A DNA stretch of 61,104 bases from a virus. Taxonomy: Duplodnaviria; Caudoviricetes. Made by a program: the position numbers and the translations under genes. The number at the start of each line of letters is the position of its first letter. The stretch's first letter is position 1. Shown here piece after piece: positions 55,098-61,104 of this stretch. The notes below the pieces were generated by a model. It did no database searches and had not been told where the DNA came from. It saw only the letters and a list, made by a program, of their open reading frames with translations. The stretch covers positions 1 to 61,104 of the IMG/VR virus record IMGVR_UViG_3300030118_005363. One strand, given 5' to 3'.

Positions 55098-55351
55098 TTG
55101 AAGATAGTCATTGGTGAAACTGCGCATTGTTTTGCAATGTCAGCCATGCTTCTATCCTTCTTGACATATTCTTCAATGAGCCACGATTCATTGCGGTATG
55201 TCTTTTTAGAATCTAATTCGTGCGTTATGTGCGCCATGACATAATGCGGCTCTCCGCAATCAAGACACACGGACTTCTGCCCTTCGCCGTTCTCTATTTC
55301 TATATTCAGTATCGTTTCACATTCTGCGCATTTGTAATTTATCGTTATCAT
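55043..55351 (-). CDS. Zinc-ribbon plus HTH DNA-binding protein
   Basis: CAEC...CLDC; SMADIAKQCAVSPMTIFKWLKTHGI. Confidence 0.75.
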   Translation of the reverse strand: MITINYKCAECETILNIEIENGEGQKSVCLDCGEPHYVMAHITHELDSKKTYRNESWLIEEYVKKDRSMADIAKQCAVSPMTIFKWLKTHGIETRNTGGRKR

Positions 55352-55352
55352 T

Positions 55353-55724
55353 TTACTTCATCCTTATGTATTCATACGGCGCACTATTATTTCGCTTATA
55401 CCGTTTGATAAACCCCCATCGTTCCATAACAATCATCAAACCTCCTATGTGGTTTGCGGTTACGGCATTTTGGGGAATCATAATTTTATTCATTCTATGT
55501 GCGACCACTGTTGAGTTAAGACTCTCGCCTATCTTCATCTGATACTGTATTGTAGCCAGTAGCGCAATCTTCCTGTTGAATTTGCGCATAGACATTACTT
55601 CGCCGCATATAGCAAGGAGTTCATCAACCTCGTCTTGCGACAGTTTTTCAAATGAACGACTGCGCAAAGTCCGAGCAAAGTTAGGCTCGTTTTTTATCTT
55701 CTCTTGAATATTAATTGGTGGCAT
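55353..55724 (-). CDS. Winged-helix protein
   Basis: LNSTVVAHRM...IGGLMIVMERWGFIKR. Confidence 0.5.
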   Translation of the reverse strand: MPPINIQEKIKNEPNFARTLRSRSFEKLSQDEVDELLAICGEVMSMRKFNRKIALLATIQYQMKIGESLNSTVVAHRMNKIMIPQNAVTANHIGGLMIVMERWGFIKRYKRNNSAPYEYIRMK

Positions 55725-56550
55725 GAACAGACTCCCTTTGGAAAACACAACCGCCCTCAAAGGATAGTCGCAAAGACATGCCTCCGCCATGTGGTGTTAA
55801 GTCAAAGAAGGATAGTATGACCTCTCCCTCGACTGTGCGCAGAACATTATCTAAACCCCCTGCAATCGGATATAACTTGGATTCATGGCTTGGGGAGGAA
55901 GGAGTCATCACCAAAACAGTTTCGGTCTTGCCCTTGCCTTCTGCGCCAACAACCAAATGAAGATATTTATTGCGCAAAAAGAAAGAATAATTCTCAACCT
56001 TCTGTCCGTTCATAGAACCACTTTCGATAGCAGAACAAAGAAGGTCTGCGCCGATATGGGATTTGAAAGATTCGGGAACAACATCGCCGTTCTTCAAAGT
56101 GTAGCCGTTAGGATTCTGTTCTATTGTGTGTTCATAACGCATCTTGCTATCTTCACACCATTCAGTAATTGTCTTTTTGGTATGCGAAAACGCTTGTGCT
56201 TGACTACTACTTTGTAGCGTAGTTTGCTTTGTCGCAGAATTAATTTTTAGTTTGTCGTCTTTGTGGTTTAGAGCAATCAAACCGGAGTGTTTTGATAGTG
56301 CGCCGAGCAACAATGAAATGTCGGCTACTGGCACTGTTCCTTCGTCGTCTTTGTTCATAATGTCTGCGCTGAAACAAGATATGCTTGAAGTGCCGTCACG
56401 CACTATGTTAAATGTGCGCACTTCACCGTTGCCGATGTAAAGGATTGTTCCTTTGACTTGCGGAATCATTTTTCCGTTTATGTTAGCCATTCTTTGTGTC
56501 CTTTTTAGAAGGGTCACTAAATCTTGTTTCTGTATCTCGACTCTCGCCAT
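55711..56550 (-). CDS. Probable PCNA-like sliding clamp
   Basis: About 280 aa, clamp-like repeating beta-alpha-beta pattern; in the replication cluster with RFC and PolB; TATA at 56574-56579. Confidence 0.55.
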   Translation of the reverse strand: MARVEIQKQDLVTLLKRTQRMANINGKMIPQVKGTILYIGNGEVRTFNIVRDGTSSISCFSADIMNKDDEGTVPVADISLLLGALSKHSGLIALNHKDDKLKINSATKQTTLQSSSQAQAFSHTKKTITEWCEDSKMRYEHTIEQNPNGYTLKNGDVVPESFKSHIGADLLCSAIESGSMNGQKVENYSFFLRNKYLHLVVGAEGKGKTETVLVMTPSSPSHESKLYPIAGGLDNVLRTVEGEVILSFFDLTPHGGGMSLRLSFEGGCVFQRESVHATN

Positions 56551-56581
56551 GATAAACCATACTCCTATGCAGTTATAAACC

Positions 56582-56833
56582 TCACGACTCAATAATTTCA
56601 ATCACTTGTCCTTTTTGATTTTTCATTTTGTTTAGTATTCTTTCACACTGCGCACAATGCGGGTATTTGTCTTTAGCATTCAAAGGAACATTTTCATGTT
56701 TCCCTACTGACGGGAAGCCACGACAAAGAAGGTATGAATATTTGCCATCGGGCGTGCATTCAACCGCATAGTGCAGTCTTGCTGAACGCCCTTGCATCTG
56801 AACAAGTTTAATCTTCTTAGGCTTCTGCGCCAA
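56582..56833 (-). CDS. Small Cys/His protein
   Basis: H...LC...CAQC. Confidence 0.5.
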   Translation of the reverse strand: MAQKPKKIKLVQMQGRSARLHYAVECTPDGKYSYLLCRGFPSVGKHENVPLNAKDKYPHCAQCERILNKMKNQKGQVIEIIES

Positions 56834-56837
56834 TCAA

Positions 56838-57806
56838 TCAGCCCCAAGTCAAGAAGGGCAGGCCGTTCCAAACGACTTCGCCATCCTTGACTGACAGGAC
56901 TGTGTGCGTAGTGCCTAAATGTTCTTGGTTAAACCCTTTCATTTCTTCAATTGAGCATCGGATTTCCCATGCGCCGTCATCGAGGCTTGCGTCGGGCTTT
57001 ACACCTGCCGCAAGGTCGCCTTTCTTAGTGTAGCGAGTAAGCCATAACTGCTGACTGAAAAGGCGCATTGTTCCCTTTTCCCATTCCGGTTCTTCACCAA
57101 TCTTCATAAGACCCTTTTGACCGTTGCCAATATCTGCAAACTGCTTCTTGTCCTTCAAGTGGAAGGTGAAAAACACTGCATCAACAGGCAATTGGTGGCC
57201 TCTATTGGCAATATCACGGAACAATTGATTGCGAATACGCCATTCCGCTTGATTGAATTTGTCACCATCTTCGACATTTACAGGGTTTTTTGAACGGTTC
57301 ATTAGAACATCAGTCATAGCATGTTCACACCACTTCAAGAAACTGCTCATACCGTCAAAGATTACTGCGCCTACTTCGCCGTCACGACACTTCTGCGCAA
57401 CAATATTGATGAAATGCCCCATCTTGTCAATAAGCGCAGTATAGTTTGTTGAATTATCTTCGTTGAAGATTGTGTCATCTAACTCATCATAAAGAGGAAT
57501 GACAACAACATTCTCATCATCGGGATAGTTTGCCGCAACAGTTTGGGTTGCGCTGTTATCAACATCGAAGATGATTATTTGCTTGTCTGCGCCGACATGA
57601 TTTCTTGCAAGGTCAATCGCAAGACCAGTTTTTGCAGTATTCTCTTTACCGACCATAGCCATGCGGATAACTTGTGTGCGCTCACGCTTTCTGTTAAACA
57701 ATTCTGCGTAGTGCGCCCTCATATCACGCTTTTCGACTTTAGGTTCTTCTGCCTTATCTGCCTTCTTCTTTGCGTTAGCCCATGCGTTTGCCATCTGTTT
57801 CACCAT
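56838..57806 (-). CDS. RecA-superfamily (Sak4/AAA_24-like) ATPase
   Basis: VGKENTAKTG Walker A variant, IFDVD, VIFDG Walker B, FTFH. Confidence 0.7.
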   Translation of the reverse strand: MVKQMANAWANAKKKADKAEEPKVEKRDMRAHYAELFNRKRERTQVIRMAMVGKENTAKTGLAIDLARNHVGADKQIIIFDVDNSATQTVAANYPDDENVVVIPLYDELDDTIFNEDNSTNYTALIDKMGHFINIVAQKCRDGEVGAVIFDGMSSFLKWCEHAMTDVLMNRSKNPVNVEDGDKFNQAEWRIRNQLFRDIANRGHQLPVDAVFFTFHLKDKKQFADIGNGQKGLMKIGEEPEWEKGTMRLFSQQLWLTRYTKKGDLAAGVKPDASLDDGAWEIRCSIEEMKGFNQEHLGTTHTVLSVKDGEVVWNGLPFLTWG

Positions 57807-59038
57807 CCTAAGTCTGCGCCTTCTTCTGCGCCGTTTTCATCTTCTGATACTTCAACGCCTTCAACGGAATCCATGACCCACCAACCGCTTACGCTCATAC
57901 GAGGCATGCCAGTCGTTTTGTCAATCCAACCGCCACCGACTGCGACAACCAATGAGCCGACTGCGAAATCAACCTTTGATTCTTCTTCTTTTGAAACCCA
58001 TAGGTCAATAGGCGCAATAGGAGAAGTAATGTCAAGGTCTGCAAGTGTTATGATGTAACCGCCTTGTTCTCTTGGGTCAATGTGCGCTACTTCAAGAGGT
58101 AGTGCGCAAAGAGCATCCCACTTTTCCTTGTCTGTCAGTGTTGAAAGCCAACCTTCAATGTCTGCAAGACCAGTCAAAGGTGTAGCACCGACTAAATCTT
58201 TGAGCAATCCGTCGCCGCCGTTGTCAAATGGCGCACTATCATACATACTGATTAGCGAATCATCTTGGCTGAATACGGAAACGCCGGACTTAGTGTAACC
58301 AACATCGCCAGTTTTACCGAGTTTGACCGGAAGGCGACCAGTGATAAATGTCGGGTGAATAGTCTTTGCATCTTCACCGTTGAAGCGAACCTTAATCGGT
58401 CTGATAGTCTTGTTGTCTGCACTGTTACCTAAGAATACGCAATCACGCATTGGTTCACTTTGCGCACGATAACGGCCATATCTGTAATTAGGGCTACCGG
58501 AAGGCCATGTCGGGGATGATTTGTCAGCAATCATAACGAATAAGCCTGTTCCATCTTCCAAATCCATCGCCGCTTTAGGCAGGGAATCAACATGCTTTTC
58601 TGCGCAAGCCACTTCAAAGGGTTGTTTAGCCTCAAGGGTTGGGTTGTGCGTATATGTGTAGCCGCCATTGACGGAATCGTGAACAAATAATGCGCAAACA
58701 CCTTGAGAAACCAGTGCTTTGCGAGCATCTTCGTCAAGCCCTCTTAACTGAACCTTCATGTTTTCATATTGGCGTGCCGCAATGTCTTTTGTGCGTGGAA
58801 CGCTAACAAACATGCCTTCAATGTTTTCGCAACCACTGCGAGCAAGTCTTGCAGTAATAACTCTCATTTCAGCCGCCGCCATTCTTAGGCACTTCATGTC
58901 AATATCCTCTTGGGATAGACCATTTGCTGATAGGTTTGCACTGTTAGCCGCAAGCACGCTTTCATGCTTTGCAAGCAGTGTTTCAACAGGGCATCCAACA
59001 TTCTTTGCTACTCTTTCGATAATCTTTTCATCAACCAT
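57800..59038 (-). CDS. Probable RPA-like single-stranded DNA-binding protein
   Basis: OB-fold-like C-terminal strands, acidic tail EDENGAEEGADLGW; adjacent to the recombinase-like ATPase. Confidence 0.55.
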   Translation of the reverse strand: MVDEKIIERVAKNVGCPVETLLAKHESVLAANSANLSANGLSQEDIDMKCLRMAAAEMRVITARLARSGCENIEGMFVSVPRTKDIAARQYENMKVQLRGLDEDARKALVSQGVCALFVHDSVNGGYTYTHNPTLEAKQPFEVACAEKHVDSLPKAAMDLEDGTGLFVMIADKSSPTWPSGSPNYRYGRYRAQSEPMRDCVFLGNSADNKTIRPIKVRFNGEDAKTIHPTFITGRLPVKLGKTGDVGYTKSGVSVFSQDDSLISMYDSAPFDNGGDGLLKDLVGATPLTGLADIEGWLSTLTDKEKWDALCALPLEVAHIDPREQGGYIITLADLDITSPIAPIDLWVSKEEESKVDFAVGSLVVAVGGGWIDKTTGMPRMSVSGWWVMDSVEGVEVSEDENGAEEGADLGW

Positions 59039-59094
59039 TTTTTCATTCTCCGGTGTATTTTGTCCTTAGTGTGCTATCCATATAAACCCAGTGG

Positions 59095-59982
59095 TTAGAG
59101 CGTTAGCATTCGGGTGAAATCCCATCTAACGATGTTCTCATCAACGCCATTTACTAAATCACGCTCACTAACTATGGCCGCCTCGACCACTTTAGCAACC
59201 GCATTTGGGTTTGTTGGATTATTTACTGCGTAGTCAAATACTGTGCGCACTACGCTACGCATATTCGTATTACCGAGCATTTTTACTGCTTGTTCCAAAG
59301 ACTTCTCGGTTGAAGCAAGGCGCAAAAATCTGCGTGCATCGAAATCTCCACCAATAGATTCTAAGTAACGCCATGCGTTATCATTATCCATCCCGCATAC
59401 TGCTTGTAATGCGCCTATCGCATTGCGCAAATCGCCAGTGTGAATATTGCAAATGAAATCAATCTCTTTTTCAACGGCATACCCTTCATGGCATGCAATC
59501 GAATGTAGGTAGTCTTTCATGTCTTGTTTTGCATGGGGTGCAAATGTGCGCACTTGGCAACGGGATTGTAGCCACTGCGACACTTTGCTCAAATCATTAC
59601 AAGTTAAGATAAAATATGCGTCTGATGTTTCGATGACACCTTTTAGTGCGCTTTGCGCCGCAGGGGTCAATTGGTCTGCCTCATCAAGAAGAATAATTGT
59701 TTGCTTGTAGCCGTTCTGCGCAAGAGGAATCAAATCATCTTCGACAAACTCAATACCTCTCGTTCTTTTAGATGAAGCATTGAAGGTGTGCAAAGTGTAG
59801 CCCAAACTATGCGCAAGAATAGTCGCCAGTGTAGTTTTACCTGTGCCTGCGCCGATTGAATAAAATAGAAAGTGTTGCATAGGCGCATCTCCTTCAATTA
59901 TTCTGCATATTTCTTGCACAATGGTTCTTTGACCGACAAAATTATCTATGGTCTTTGGTCTATACTTTTCCCACCAAATCAT
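59095..59982 (-). CDS. rfcS: Replication factor C small subunit (clamp loader)
   Basis: WWEKYRP, GTGKTT, NASS, LDEAD, SRC motif, GDLRNAI. Confidence 0.92.
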   Translation of the reverse strand: MIWWEKYRPKTIDNFVGQRTIVQEICRIIEGDAPMQHFLFYSIGAGTGKTTLATILAHSLGYTLHTFNASSKRTRGIEFVEDDLIPLAQNGYKQTIILLDEADQLTPAAQSALKGVIETSDAYFILTCNDLSKVSQWLQSRCQVRTFAPHAKQDMKDYLHSIACHEGYAVEKEIDFICNIHTGDLRNAIGALQAVCGMDNDNAWRYLESIGGDFDARRFLRLASTEKSLEQAVKMLGNTNMRSVVRTVFDYAVNNPTNPNAVAKVVEAAIVSERDLVNGVDENIVRWDFTRMLTL

Positions 59983-60146
59983 CTCATCATCTCCAATTCA
60001 TCTCTATAATAATCTGCCATTTCGATTAGAAATAATTCATTTGCGCAGTCCTTGCATAACTGCTTTGGTTCTGATGCAAACGCATCTGCGCACATCATGC
60101 AAAGCAATCCTTTCTTTTTCAAGATGTATTTGACAATGCGCATCAT
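59979..60146 (-). CDS. Small zinc-finger protein (not in ORF track)
   Basis: LCMMC...LCKDC; ATGA overlap with rfcS. Confidence 0.55.
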   Translation of the reverse strand: MMRIVKYILKKKGLLCMMCADAFASEPKQLCKDCANELFLIEMADYYRDELEMMR

Positions 60147-60451
60147 CAGCAACCCACCATGTCATCATTCTTCTCCTGTGCTTCGTAGTAAGATTCTAAT
60201 TGCGCATCCTTGTATGATTGATACGCCGCATCTTCCGCATCAGCCCTTGCTTCTTCTTCGTCATACCACTCATATTTGTCGTAGGCTAATTCTCTCACCC
60301 AGTCCAATAAAATTTCTGAACCCTTTTGCGTATCATCATGCAACAATTCGCATAGCAAATCAAGTAATTCTTCTGTATCAACATGGAATTTTATCATATC
60401 CCAAGCACTATCGAAACTGCATTCAGCCGCTATCTCATCTGCGTAGGTCAT
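60146..60451 (-). CDS. Very acidic hypothetical protein
   Basis: GGAG RBS; D/E-rich. Confidence 0.6.
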   Translation of the reverse strand: MTYADEIAAECSFDSAWDMIKFHVDTEELLDLLCELLHDDTQKGSEILLDWVRELAYDKYEWYDEEEARADAEDAAYQSYKDAQLESYYEAQEKNDDMVGC

Positions 60452-60571
60452 TCTTTTACTCTCCTATAAACTCACCATAGTAAGGCATTTGCGCAATTTT
60501 TTCATACGCTTCTTTTGGACTTAGATGTGGAAAATGCAATTTCCAAATCTGATTTAGAGTCATTCTTTTTC

Positions 60572-61104
60572 TCATTCTTCTTCGCCCCCTACCATTTCCT
60601 CAACAAACGGCCAAATCGCTTTTATCATTCCTAAAGGCGACATGCCGCTTGTATCAAGAGTTAAAACTCGGTATGGTTTGCGCATTTCTTCTTGCGACGG
60701 TCTGCTCATTGCATTTTCCGAGTAATGCTCAAGTCTATCCGGCTTTGCGCCTCTATCATACAGAACATTTGTGTTAGCCCTTAGTCGGATAAGAATACCT
60801 CCGTTACGCAAAATGTAATCTGCTTCGTTTGAATGGCGCACATCATCAATTATAGTAAAATCACAACCCCTGCGCTTGACTGCTTTAGAAAGAGCATCCA
60901 CCCAATAATCCATGTGTATTATGTCACGCTTTGCTTGCCCCCACGCCTGCAACAAGGGTCTTATGGACTCTTTATGTTCTTCTTCATGCACCGATAACAA
61001 GTAACGGGCTGACGCAGAATCAACATTAGACCATATCATTTCAGATATTTCTTGGCGCAGTGCTTCTGCAAAAGAGTTAATACAAATCTGAACACCAACA
61101 CCGC
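60572..61104 (-). CDS. Deoxynucleoside monophosphate kinase, C-terminal part
   Basis: RPLLQAWG, DYWV, IIDDVRHSNEADYI, HYSE; joins the P-loop encoded at 1-227. Confidence 0.85.
   Translation of the reverse strand, partial: GVGVQICINSFAEALRQEISEMIWSNVDSASARYLLSVHEEEHKESIRPLLQAWGQAKRDIIHMDYWVDALSKAVKRRGCDFTIIDDVRHSNEADYILRNGGILIRLRANTNVLYDRGAKPDRLEHYSENAMSRPSQEEMRKPYRVLTLDTSGMSPLGMIKAIWPFVEEMVGGEEE
60966..61104. repeat. Terminal direct repeat, right copy
   Basis: Matches 1-139 with one mismatch. Confidence 0.97.

Noticed and set aside
1-61104. tRNA genes, integrase, reverse transcriptase/DGR, alternative genetic code
   Set aside because: None recognised; long genes are intact under the standard code. 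A tRNAscan or Infernal run would be needed to exclude RNA genes firmly.

Overview
The window appears to be a complete (~60,965 bp, circularly assembled) genome of a tailed archaeal virus. Positions 1-139 recur at 60966-61104, and a dNMP-kinase gene reads across the join. It encodes an archaeal-type replisome on the minus strand (PolB, AEP primase with a PriL-like C-terminal domain, MCM-like helicase, RFC small subunit, probable PCNA and RPA, XPF/ERCC4 and Cas4-like nucleases), a block of small early genes behind a conserved GGTTTATA promoter, and a siphovirus-like virion module on the plus strand (portal, protease/scaffold, probable HK97-fold capsid, tail tube, -1 frameshifted tail chaperones, tape measure, 2454-aa tail protein). 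Gene content best fits a Magrovirus-like virus of Marine Group II archaea (inference, not searched). The most unusual signals are: (1) a ~1.7 kb non-coding array of ~25 degenerate GGCTYKCAGTNYANCGKTT motifs, with further copies on the far side of an AAA+/vWA-like gene pair and in two distant homologous AT-rich elements; (2) very strong enrichment of the palindrome TGCGCA with apparent avoidance of several 4-mer palindromes; (3) a possible PAC2/Pba-like proteasome regulator with an HbYX-like tail; (4) a PolB with non-canonical catalytic motifs. All assignments come from motif reading by eye.
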